From assembly GCA_045594745.1 (NCBI GenBank), contig JAZNZC010000001.1, positions 1-59,472 of the forward strand: a DNA stretch of 59,472 nucleotides. The letters are read 5' to 3'. The notes under the pieces are model-generated. The model was not told the origin of the DNA and made no database searches. It saw only the letters and a list, made by a program, of their open reading frames with translations. Shown in pieces: positions 1-8,782 of this stretch. Made by a program: the position numbers and the translations under genes. Each line of letters opens with the position of its first letter. Positions within the stretch are counted from its first letter, which is position 1. The DNA comes from Eubacteriales bacterium. GTDB lineage: Bacteria; Bacillota; Clostridia; Oscillospirales; CAG-272.

Positions 1-32
1 CCTTCAAAAAAGCACTCACAAAAACAATATTT

Positions 33-198
33 GTAGGGGACGACGTCGCGTAACGGCGTGAGCGTAATGAATGACAGTCCGGTGGACTGTCAGAACGTGA
101 GCGCGACCGAGCCGCAGCGAGACCCTCGGCGTCCCACCACAAAGAAGTTATTGCGCACAAATAATCAATCGGTAGGGGACGACGCCCTCGGCGTCCCG
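33..198 (+). repeat. Two GTAG-family REP-like palindromes; the first is interrupted by a ~75-bp insert
   Basis: gtaggggacgacgccctcggcgtcccg at 172-198; same motif at 33-135 split by an insert containing the hairpin tgacagtcc-ggt-ggactgtca. Confidence 0.7.
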
Positions 199-235
199 AG
201 AAAACAAACGCACACCAAGTAACAAAACCACTGTA

Positions 236-467
236 TGTCATCCTGAGCGGAGTCGAAATTTCTCCGAGCGAGGAGCGAGGAGAAATCGAGGAGCGTAAGC
301 GACGAAGGGATCTCCAAACGAGTTTGGGTGACTTTTGAACTGATGTAACATCCCATTGGCAAGCCACCGAGATTTGTTAAGAGATCCCGCTTCGGCTAAA
401 AAGCCTCGCGCTTCTGCTTGTTCGCTTACGCTCAACCCGCAGAAGTTCGACTGCGCTCAGGATGACA
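236..467. repeat. Palindromic REP/MITE-like element with terminal inverted repeats
   Basis: tgtcatcctgagcg(g)agtcgaa ... ttcgact(g)cgctcaggatgaca termini; internal gatctc/gagatc pair. Confidence 0.7.
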
Positions 468-526
468 GGCTGACGGTGATTTGGCTAAAATTTTCAGGTC
501 TTTTTTTGTAAAAAGTTCCCCCTCTG

Positions 527-555
527 TTGACAATTCCATCCAAATGCGGTATAAT
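527..555 (+). promoter_or_regulatory. Sigma-A promoter
   Basis: TTGACA-17 bp-TATAAT. Confidence 0.8.
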
Positions 556-609
556 AATCTTGTTAACAAGATTAAACGGCGAGAGCCGCCACAAAAAAGG
601 AGACAGATT

Positions 610-1335
610 ATGGAATACGGATTGCAATTATACAGTGTTAGAGACATTACACAAAGCGGTCTTGAGAAAGCGATGAAAAAGGTTGCCGACCTTGGCTACA
701 GCTTTGTTGAGTTCGCAGGCTTCTTTGGCAACAGCGCCACCGAGGTTCGCCGTATGCTGCGCGATACAGGTCTGCGTGTCAGCGGTACGCACACGGGTTG
801 GGAAGAGCTCACCCCCGACCGCATTATGAATACCATTCTTTATCACAAGATCATCGGCAACAAGAACATCATCATCCCGTGGGCTGATCTTTCCGATAGA
901 CTCAAGCTGAACACGTTTATCGCAACCGTCAACGCGGCACAACCTGTTCTTGCCGAGCACGGCATTACGCTCTCTTATCACAACCACAAGGACGAGTTCC
1001 TTCCCAATAAATTCGGTCAGATCCCTCACGCAGAGCTTGAGAAAAAAACCAATATCAAGTTTGAGATCGATACCTTCTGGGCATACGCTGCAGGAAAAGA
1101 TCCCATCGCGCTTCTCGAGCGTCTTGGCGACCGCGTCAGCGTCATTCACCTCAAGGACGGTCTTGCAAACGGACAAGGCAAAGCACTTGGCGAGGGAACT
1201 GCTCCCGTTGCCGCTGTTCGCGAGTACGCCATTGCTCACGGTCTTGAGATGGTGGTTGAGAGCGAAACGCTCGATCCCACGGGCATCAAAGAGGTAGAGC
1301 GTTGCATCAAGTATCTGCGCTCGCTGGAGGCCTGA
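610..1335 (+). CDS. Sugar phosphate isomerase/epimerase (xylose isomerase-like TIM barrel)
   Basis: GLQLYSVRD, YHNH, EIDTFW, HLKD motifs; AAAGGAG RBS before ATG 610. Confidence 0.85.
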   Translation: MEYGLQLYSVRDITQSGLEKAMKKVADLGYSFVEFAGFFGNSATEVRRMLRDTGLRVSGTHTGWEELTPDRIMNTILYHKIIGNKNIIIPWADLSDRLKLNTFIATVNAAQPVLAEHGITLSYHNHKDEFLPNKFGQIPHAELEKKTNIKFEIDTFWAYAAGKDPIALLERLGDRVSVIHLKDGLANGQGKALGEGTAPVAAVREYAIAHGLEMVVESETLDPTGIKEVERCIKYLRSLEA

Positions 1336-1592
1336 TGCGTTGCATCTGCAAGCTTTGGGCAGCTGTGTTGGCTCTTGTGTTGTGCTTGATGCTCGCATCC
1401 TGTATGTTTTCCCCACCCGAGCAAAGTGAAGAAAAAAACACCACGGATGCCGCGCCCACGCTGACGACTCCCGAAGAGACTACTCCTGCGGAGACGACTG
1501 CGGCAGAAACGACCACGGCAGAAACGACCACCGCGATGCCCGAGCCGGATTTTTCCAACACGCCCGAACCCGATGGCACAAAGAGATATTGA
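1335..1592 (+). CDS. Small lipoprotein with Thr-rich ETTxA repeats
   Basis: Hydrophobic signal ending in LASC lipobox; ETTPA/ETTAA/ETTTA repeats; TGATG coupling to upstream gene. Confidence 0.7.
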   Translation: MRCICKLWAAVLALVLCLMLASCMFSPPEQSEEKNTTDAAPTLTTPEETTPAETTAAETTTAETTTAMPEPDFSNTPEPDGTKRY

Positions 1593-1626
1593 AAAAAGTG
1601 CCAAATTCCACACAAAGGAAAAGGAT

Positions 1627-2970
1627 ATGATCCCACTTGAATTGCGACTGAGCCAAAACCTCTCGTTGCGGCTCTGTCAAACAGAAAAATTCAAAACCGA
1701 AATGCTCTCACTTTCGGCGGTTTTGCCGATCGCAGGGCAAAAACCCTATATGACCTCGCTTCTTTTGTCCGTGCTCTTGCGCGGAACAAAGAACTATTCC
1801 GATATTTCCGCACTCAACCGTCGCCTCGATTATTTGTTTGGCACGGAGCTTTCGGTGCGGAACTTCTATCGCGGAGACGCGCAGGTGTTCGGCCTTTGCG
1901 CCAACATTTTGGGCAAGGAATATCTCCCTGACGATATCCCCGAGCGCGAAACGCTCCTTGGTGACGTTGTAGAGATCATGCGAGAGGTGTTCTTCTCGCC
2001 CGCTTTGGACGAGAACGGACTGCTCCTTTCTCACTACGTTGAGAGTGAAAAGCAGCTCCAACGCGATGCCATTCGCGCCAAAAAGAACCATCCCCAAAGC
2101 TATGCAATGGACCGTCTGCGCAAGCTGATGTTTGCAAATGAGCCCTGTGGCACGCCTCTTTACGGAACAGAGGAAGAGGTGATGGCAGTCACGCCTGAGG
2201 AGCTGACCGCATATTGGAGATCGCTTTATCAAGATCTTTCCCTGCACGCCTTTTACGTTGGCGCGGCAGATACCGATAGCGTTGTTGCCGCTCTTGCAAA
2301 GGGACTTGGCGTCAAAGAGATCAATGTGGAAACGATAGAAAGAAACTCTACCGCCATTCCGCTCACCGATGTTGCCAGTATCCAACGTCGTGAGGGTGAG
2401 CAGAGGATCTGCGAGGATCTGCCTGTTCATCAAAGTGCTTTGGTGATCGGTTTGCGTACCTCTGCCGCCGTGCAGGATGAGGACTTTTTTGCCGTTGCTC
2501 TTTATAACGAGCTGTTGGGTTCGTCCTCTCCCGTTTCCAAGCTGTTTATCAACGTGCGTGAAAAATTGGGGCTTTGCTATTCCTGTTTTTCCGCTTACAA
2601 TGCTTACAAGGCGGCTCTGACGATCTGCTGTAGCCTTGAGGACGACCGCCGCGAAGAGGCCGAAGCCGAGATCCGCCGACAGATTGCCGCTATGGCAGCA
2701 GGCGACATCAGCGACGCCGAGTGGCAGGCGGCACAAAAATCGATGGCGAACGCCTACCGTCAGCTCTCCGATAGCCCCTCGGCTATGGAGGTCTACTATC
2801 TCGGACGCGCCCTGGCAGGTGTTTCGATCTCTCCCGAGGAGGGGAGCGCCCGTATCGCATCCTTGAAACGCGGGGATGTTGTCCGCGTAGCACAAAAAAT
2901 GAGAATCGATACCGTTTTTGTCCTGCATCCAACGGCCACGGGAGAGGAGAGAAGCGATGAAGAAAATTGA
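1627..2970 (+). CDS. M16 family peptidase, non-catalytic partner (YmfF-like)
   Basis: TEKFKT, LLRGT and SKLFINVREKLGLCY motifs; no HxxEH; overlaps next M16 gene. Confidence 0.8.
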   Translation: MIPLELRLSQNLSLRLCQTEKFKTEMLSLSAVLPIAGQKPYMTSLLLSVLLRGTKNYSDISALNRRLDYLFGTELSVRNFYRGDAQVFGLCANILGKEYLPDDIPERETLLGDVVEIMREVFFSPALDENGLLLSHYVESEKQLQRDAIRAKKNHPQSYAMDRLRKLMFANEPCGTPLYGTEEEVMAVTPEELTAYWRSLYQDLSLHAFYVGAADTDSVVAALAKGLGVKEINVETIERNSTAIPLTDVASIQRREGEQRICEDLPVHQSALVIGLRTSAAVQDEDFFAVALYNELLGSSSPVSKLFINVREKLGLCYSCFSAYNAYKAALTICCSLEDDRREEAEAEIRRQIAAMAAGDISDAEWQAAQKSMANAYRQLSDSPSAMEVYYLGRALAGVSISPEEGSARIASLKRGDVVRVAQKMRIDTVFVLHPTATGEERSDEEN

Positions 2971-4240
2971 ATACACGTCCGCGCTATTGCGCGAAAAATA
3001 CACCTATATCGAGCACGCAAGCGGATTGCCCATTTATGTGTTCCCAAAACAAATGTCGGGCACGTATGCGCTGTTTGCCGCCAAATACGGCTCTCTCGAT
3101 ACCACCTTTGCGCAAGGGGAAGGGAAGCCTGTAAAGGTCCCGGACGGCATCGCTCACTTTCTTGAGCACAAGCTCTTTGAAGCCCCCGACGGCACCGATA
3201 CCTTTTCCCGCTTTTCGGCACTTGGGGCAGATTCCAACGCCTACACCGACTACAACAAAACGGCATACCTTTTTGGCTGTACCGAAAACGTAGAAGAAGC
3301 CCTTGAGGAGCTTTTGACTTTTGTTACGCAACCGCACTTTACCGCCGAATCGGTAAGGCGCGAGAGGGGCATTATTGCCGAGGAGATCCGCGAGGATGAG
3401 GATAGCCCATGGGAGCAAGCGTACCTGAACTTGCTTGCATCCCTCTATCACAAAAACCCCGTTCGCGTCAGCATTGGCGGTACGGTCAAATCCATTCAAA
3501 AGATCACACCAAAGCTGCTCTATCAGTGCTATGACGCCTTCTATCGCCTTGACAATATGGCGCTTGTGGTGTGCGGAAACGTCACACCCGAAGCTGTTGT
3601 GGCCGTTGCTGACCGCGTTTTACCCACCACACGTGAAGAAAAAGAGCCCGTGCGCCGCATCTATCCCCAAGAGCCCGATGGCGTGCGTTGCGCGCGAGCA
3701 GAAGCCAAAATGCAGGTGGCAAAGCCCATCTTCAACATTGGCATCAAGGATAACGTGATCCCCAAAGAATCCAAGGAGCGTTTGCGCCGTGACCTCTGTA
3801 TCACCCTGCTCAACGAGATCTTGTTCTCGCAAGCAGGCCCGTTCTATGCGAAGCTGTTCGAAGAGGGGCTGATATCCCCCTCGTTCTCACACGGCTATTC
3901 TTCCACCGAGCATTTTGCATTCAACTGCATTTCGGGAGATTCGGATAACCCCGAAGCGGTATACGATGCCCTGATCGATTATTTGGAAGATGTCAAGCAA
4001 AAGGGACTTTCAGAGGAAGATTTTGAGCGTTGCCGCCGCGTCATGTACGCCGACGAGATCCGCGCTTATGATTCCACCGACGAGATCGCAAACAGGCTTC
4101 TGTCTTTCGTGTTTGACGGATCGGAACTGTTTGAGGTTCCCACGGTGCTTCAATCGATCAAAAAGGAAGAGCTCGAAGCGCTTTTGCACACGCTCTATCA
4201 GCCCGAGTACTTTGCAATGTCTGTTGTCCGCCCTCTGTAA
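2957..4240 (+). CDS. M16 family zinc peptidase (YmfH-like)
   Basis: PDGIAHFLEHKLFE inverted zinc motif; NAYT; ERGIIAEEI. Confidence 0.9.
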   Translation: MKKIEYTSALLREKYTYIEHASGLPIYVFPKQMSGTYALFAAKYGSLDTTFAQGEGKPVKVPDGIAHFLEHKLFEAPDGTDTFSRFSALGADSNAYTDYNKTAYLFGCTENVEEALEELLTFVTQPHFTAESVRRERGIIAEEIREDEDSPWEQAYLNLLASLYHKNPVRVSIGGTVKSIQKITPKLLYQCYDAFYRLDNMALVVCGNVTPEAVVAVADRVLPTTREEKEPVRRIYPQEPDGVRCARAEAKMQVAKPIFNIGIKDNVIPKESKERLRRDLCITLLNEILFSQAGPFYAKLFEEGLISPSFSHGYSSTEHFAFNCISGDSDNPEAVYDALIDYLEDVKQKGLSEEDFERCRRVMYADEIRAYDSTDEIANRLLSFVFDGSELFEVPTVLQSIKKEELEALLHTLYQPEYFAMSVVRPL

Positions 4241-4267
4241 GGCGACACGGACGGAAAGGATAAAACT

Positions 4268-5431
4268 ATGTTCGATAAAACCATCGTCTCTTTCCCCGGT
4301 CTTGGCATTGGGGAAATGGAACTGAACAAAATTGCTTTCACGCTCTTTGGCAAGCTCGAGGTGCGTTGGTACGGATTGATCATTACGCTCGGCATCATTG
4401 CCGCTGCGGCGTACGTCATTTTCCGCGGCAAAAAAAGCGAGCACGTCATTTCCGATGACATCATCGATATCGGACTTCTCACGGTCATTCTCGGCGTCAT
4501 TGGCGCGCGCGCCTATTACGTCCTGACGACGCTCGACCAATACGAAACCTTTGGCGAGGCCATTGCTATTTGGAATGGCGGTCTTGGCATTTATGGCGGT
4601 ATCATTGGCGGATGCCTTGGCATTGTCATTATGTGTTATTTCAAAAAGATCTCCTGGCGTAAGCTGTTCGATATGGCAGCCCCCGGTGTTATGATCGCGC
4701 AAGCGATGGGACGTTGGGGCAACTTTTTCAACGGCGAGGCATACGGCTATGAGATCGGTGAGACCACACGCTTCTTCTTTTTCAACTGGGAGTTCGTCCT
4801 GACCTCGGATAAGGGAACGATCTTTGACGTTTTCCGTATGGGGCTTCAAGAGTATGGGTACACGACCTTCTATCACCCCACGTTCCTCTATGAGAGCGTG
4901 TGGAACATTCTTGGCTTTGTGGTTGCCAACCTCATTTATAAGCACAAGAGATTCCACGGGCAGATCGCGCTATTCTACTTTACGTGGTACGGCTTTGGCC
5001 GTATGTTCATCGAGGGCTTCCGCACCGATAGCCTTTACGTTCCCGGCACAGCAGTGCGCATTTCGCAGCTGCTGGGATTGCTCTGCTTTGTAGGAGCAGG
5101 TACGGCATTGCTCGTTTTGAGCATCCTGACACGCAAGCGCGCCCCCCTGCTCGTTATTGAGGATGCCGCATACGAGGCCGCAAAGAAGGTAGAGGCAGAG
5201 CTCGCCGAGTCTGCAACAGAGGAAAAACCGGAGGAAACTGTTTCCGCCGAAACCGATACTGCAGAACAAACAAACGACATGACAGAAACAAAGAATAAAA
5301 CGCAAAAACCGCTTGATTCGATTGTGAGAATCTGGCAACAGATGGTACAAAAAATAAAGAATCTGTTCAAAAAACAATCGGACGAGAACAACTCTACACA
5401 GGAGGAAACAAAAGATGGCAACGAGAATTGA
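4268..5431 (+). CDS. lgt: Prolipoprotein diacylglyceryl transferase with long C-terminal tail
   Basis: VRWYG, IGARAYY, GRWGNFFNGEAYG, HPTFLYES, EGFRTD motifs. Confidence 0.95.
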   Translation: MFDKTIVSFPGLGIGEMELNKIAFTLFGKLEVRWYGLIITLGIIAAAAYVIFRGKKSEHVISDDIIDIGLLTVILGVIGARAYYVLTTLDQYETFGEAIAIWNGGLGIYGGIIGGCLGIVIMCYFKKISWRKLFDMAAPGVMIAQAMGRWGNFFNGEAYGYEIGETTRFFFFNWEFVLTSDKGTIFDVFRMGLQEYGYTTFYHPTFLYESVWNILGFVVANLIYKHKRFHGQIALFYFTWYGFGRMFIEGFRTDSLYVPGTAVRISQLLGLLCFVGAGTALLVLSILTRKRAPLLVIEDAAYEAAKKVEAELAESATEEKPEETVSAETDTAEQTNDMTETKNKTQKPLDSIVRIWQQMVQKIKNLFKKQSDENNSTQEETKDGNEN

Positions 5432-6269
5432 CGGCAAACTGATCTCGGCACAGATCCGTGAGGAGATCAAGGCCGAGACGGTACAATTTGAAAAAGAAAA
5501 CGGCTTTTTGCCAGGCCTTGCGGTTATTATCGTGGGTGAAAATCCCGCATCGCAGGTCTACGTCAGAAATAAAAAGAAGGCTTGCGAGGAGGTCGGATTT
5601 TACTCCCGCGTATATGAGTTGCCCTACTGTATTACACAAATGGAGCTGAACGCGCTTGTCGATTCCTTGAACCGCGACAATGAAATTCACGGTATCCTTG
5701 TCCAACTCCCTCTGCCCAAGCATCTTGATGAAAATGAGGTACTCCTTCGCATCAACCCCGAAAAGGACGTGGATGCTTTCCACCCCTACAACGTTGGCAA
5801 AATTATGATCGGCGATTATAGCTTTTTGCCCTGCACCCCCGCAGGCGTTATGGCGCTCCTCGAGCGCACGGGTGTCGAGATCGCAGGCAAACAGTGCGTG
5901 GTCATTGGGCGCTCCAACATTGTTGGCAAGCCTATGGCAATGCTGCTGCTCCACGCAAACGGAACGGTCACCGTGTGCCACAGCCGCACAAAGAACCTCG
6001 CGGAAGTCACACGCCAGGCGGATATTTTGGTGGTTGCCATCGGCAAAGCCGATTTTGTCACAGCCGATATGGTCAAGCCCGGAGCGGTCGTCATCGACGT
6101 TGGCATGAACCGCCGCGAGGACGGCAAGCTGACGGGCGACGTCGACTTCGCATCGGTCGAGCCCATCGCCTCTGCCATCACCCCCGTACCCGGCGGAGTA
6201 GGACCGATGACTATCACAATGCTGCTCAAAAATACGCTGACTGCCGCGAGAAATAGAGCAGGGAAGTAA
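5415..6269 (+). CDS. folD: Methylenetetrahydrofolate dehydrogenase/cyclohydrolase
   Basis: YVRNK, GILVQLPLP, KDVDAFHP, PCTPAG, TPVPGGVGPMT. Confidence 0.97.
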   Translation: MATRIDGKLISAQIREEIKAETVQFEKENGFLPGLAVIIVGENPASQVYVRNKKKACEEVGFYSRVYELPYCITQMELNALVDSLNRDNEIHGILVQLPLPKHLDENEVLLRINPEKDVDAFHPYNVGKIMIGDYSFLPCTPAGVMALLERTGVEIAGKQCVVIGRSNIVGKPMAMLLLHANGTVTVCHSRTKNLAEVTRQADILVVAIGKADFVTADMVKPGAVVIDVGMNRREDGKLTGDVDFASVEPIASAITPVPGGVGPMTITMLLKNTLTAARNRAGK

Positions 6270-6283
6270 ATTGAAAAGATAAG

Positions 6284-6311
6284 AAAAAGCCACTCAAGAG
6301 AGTGGCTTTTC
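6284..6311. terminator. Intrinsic terminator after folD (likely bidirectional)
   Basis: aaaaagccactc-aaga-gagtggctttt. Confidence 0.75.
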
Positions 6312-6410
6312 TGCTACGTTTTGATGAAAAGGGGCGACAAACGATTTGTTTGTTGCCCCTGAAATTAGCATTGGAATAATATAATTGTTAGTTGGAGTTC
6401 GATGCAAGTA

Positions 6411-8408
6411 TTACTCACCGTGAAATCCATACCACTCTCCGTTTGCAACACCTAAAGGAGCTTGGTTTTTGTAATGTCCGCGCAGTCCGGGAGTTCCGTT
6501 TGTTCCATTTGTACCTACGGTGCCGTTTTTAATGCCATTGCCGCCATTGCCGCCCTTACCACCAGTGCCTTTATCGCCGCCATTTGCGACGGCAGATTGA
6601 GCTCCCCAACCTGCCCAAATAGAAGTTTCGTAATAGCCGCCATTGCCGCCATTGCCGCCATTACCGCCATTACCGCCATTACCGCCGTTACCTTGTTGCC
6701 CGTTAGTAACATTGTAATTTGTCGATTGCTGAATTTCACACGATGTTGCATTTCCTGCTGCACCGCCATTACCACCGTTACCGCCATGGCCACCATTGCC
6801 GCCTTTGCCGCCATTTAGAACATCCACGCGATATTCGCGTGCACCATTTCCTTCGCCGCCATTACCGCCATAACCACCATTACCGCCATTGCCTCCGTGG
6901 CCACCGGATCCGCCGGTAATTTTGATTGTTCCGTTTGAGAGAAGACTGATTGCTTCGGCTTTTATTGCAAATCCACCATTGCCACCATTTGCACCATGAC
7001 CACCACAACTTCCGTTGAGGGCACGATTTTCTTGACCGGCATGTTGATTTTTGCCGGTCCAAGATGAATTATAATTGAAAGGGGGAGCAGTATTGTAACC
7101 CAATTCGCCGCCGTCGTCTCTGTAATAGATCCAATAGGTTCCGTCTCCGTTAATTCCATTTGCGCCACTACCGCCATTACCGCCATTGCCACCTGTTATT
7201 TCGCACGATATGTCTCCAATTATGGCAACCGCTTCTGCAATAATAGCGTGACCGCCATTTGTGCCGTTCGTTCCGTTTGCACCGGATTCTCCGTCAGGGC
7301 CGATTGTTCCATATGTAGGGGTACTTCCATCTATTCCGTTTCCTGCTCTGATATCCAAGTTTCCAGTACCTTTAATTTCTAACGAGGATTTGCCTATATC
7401 AATAACATTGCCGCCTGCGATAGATGTTGTAATAGAAGAATTACCTTTTGTGACAATTGTGAGTCTTATATTTCCACAATTGGTAAGAACAAAGGCGGAT
7501 TTTTCGTTGGTTACAAAATTAAAGTCTTCGAGATGTATAACTAATTCTTGACCTTCACTAAAATCAAGTAATTCAATGTACAGATTAGTGAATGTTTTTC
7601 GAGCAGTGCCAATCAAAAAAACTTCACAAACAGTATTTGTTATAGTGATACTATTGCGCGCCGCATCATGATTTAGGAAATTAGTATCTGCCTCTCTTGC
7701 CAAATCAATAGTGTTGGAACCACTTTCTAATTTGAAAGGGATAGCATCAATTGATCCGTAAGGTTTTGTTTTCCATTTTGCATACAAATTCAGCTCTCTT
7801 GGGTTTGTAAGCAAATTGTTTTCAAATGGAATTGTGTATGCATTGTCCTCATACCAGCCCAAAAAAAGATTAGATTCCGGATCAATATCATACTCCACTT
7901 GGGGAATGGTTACATTGTTTTCAATAGTATATTTTGCGGGGTAGTTGTTTCCTTTTATATAAGTTCCACCATTAAGATGATACTTGATTTTATATGTGTG
8001 AAGTTCCCACATTGCTTTAAGCGTGATAGTTTGACCTTCAGCAGCAAGATTCTTTACAGACTGTTCATCAGAAAAATGGGAAACACCGCTTTCTGTTTCC
8101 AATTCCCATCCCACAAAGTCGTATCCCGGTTTGGTAAACTTATTTTTGGCTAAATTTTGGGGTTGGTTGATGCGATGTATAGTAGTGTTTGTATTACCCG
8201 TACCACCGTTTGCATCGTAATTTACGTAGTAAAGAGGTTCTTCAAAAATTTCAAGGTCAATTCCAATTTTGCTCAACAAAGAGCCGATGATTGAGTAAAA
8301 GGGTTCATCATTGCCTGAAGATAGCGCATCCCCTACTATATTAAAAATCAAAAATATAGTAAAAGCTACACCAACAATCCATATCAAAACTTTTGCTTTA
8401 CGATTCAT
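6411..8408 (-). CDS. Membrane-anchored surface protein: two InlB-B/Listeria-Bacteroides repeats plus PGRS-like glycine-rich C-terminus
   Basis: N-terminal TM helix; YDANGGTG...GYDFVGW and YHLNGG...FLGWY...LYAKW; many GGNGG repeats; AGGAGG RBS. Confidence 0.8.
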   Translation of the reverse strand: MNRKAKVLIWIVGVAFTIFLIFNIVGDALSSGNDEPFYSIIGSLLSKIGIDLEIFEEPLYYVNYDANGGTGNTNTTIHRINQPQNLAKNKFTKPGYDFVGWELETESGVSHFSDEQSVKNLAAEGQTITLKAMWELHTYKIKYHLNGGTYIKGNNYPAKYTIENNVTIPQVEYDIDPESNLFLGWYEDNAYTIPFENNLLTNPRELNLYAKWKTKPYGSIDAIPFKLESGSNTIDLAREADTNFLNHDAARNSITITNTVCEVFLIGTARKTFTNLYIELLDFSEGQELVIHLEDFNFVTNEKSAFVLTNCGNIRLTIVTKGNSSITTSIAGGNVIDIGKSSLEIKGTGNLDIRAGNGIDGSTPTYGTIGPDGESGANGTNGTNGGHAIIAEAVAIIGDISCEITGGNGGNGGSGANGINGDGTYWIYYRDDGGELGYNTAPPFNYNSSWTGKNQHAGQENRALNGSCGGHGANGGNGGFAIKAEAISLLSNGTIKITGGSGGHGGNGGNGGYGGNGGEGNGAREYRVDVLNGGKGGNGGHGGNGGNGGAAGNATSCEIQQSTNYNVTNGQQGNGGNGGNGGNGGNGGNGGYYETSIWAGWGAQSAVANGGDKGTGGKGGNGGNGIKNGTVGTNGTNGTPGLRGHYKNQAPLGVANGEWYGFHGE

Positions 8409-8443
8409 TCTCTCATCCTCCTAAAATAAAATTCGCCCTTTCT

Positions 8444-8496
8444 AATATCCCAAATTGGAATATTAGAATTATACCATAATGGTATAATAATGTCAA
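8444..8496. promoter_or_regulatory. Divergent promoter with two palindromic operators (copy 1)
   Basis: Minus-strand TTGACA-17-TATAAT (8496-8468); palindromes tatccc-N5-ggaata and tatacc-N5-ggtata. Confidence 0.7.
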
Positions 8497-8521
8497 GGAT
8501 TTTTGAAAAAAAGGAGAAAAA

Positions 8522-8725
8522 ATGGAATTTCGGCTCAAAGAATTGCGAAAAAAGAAGAAAATATCGCAGCTTAAATTGGCTCTTGACTTAAATATGAACC
8601 AAAATACCATCTCTCGTTATGAAACGATGGAACGCGAGGCGGACTATGAAACGCTAATCAAATTAGCGGACTATTTTGGTGTTTCCATCGACTATCTTCT
8701 CGGCAGAGAAGAGAATAAAAAATAA
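8522..8725 (+). CDS. XRE-family HTH regulator (copy 1)
   Basis: RLKELRKKKKISQLKLA...TISRYE...LADYFGVSIDYLLG. Confidence 0.92.
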   Translation: MEFRLKELRKKKKISQLKLALDLNMNQNTISRYETMEREADYETLIKLADYFGVSIDYLLGREENKK

Positions 8726-8765
8726 AAGGTTTTACCAATCACGAAGATCGGTAAAACCTTTTTGT
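8724..8765. terminator. Bidirectional terminator (copy 1)
   Basis: aaaaggttttacc...ggtaaaacctttt. Confidence 0.8.
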
Positions 8766-8782
8766 TTGTGTTGTAATACTAT

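Noticed and set aside
6462-6818. Ala/Ile/Thr- or Met/Ala-repeat ORFs
   Set aside because: Alternative-frame translations of the GGN glycine repeats.
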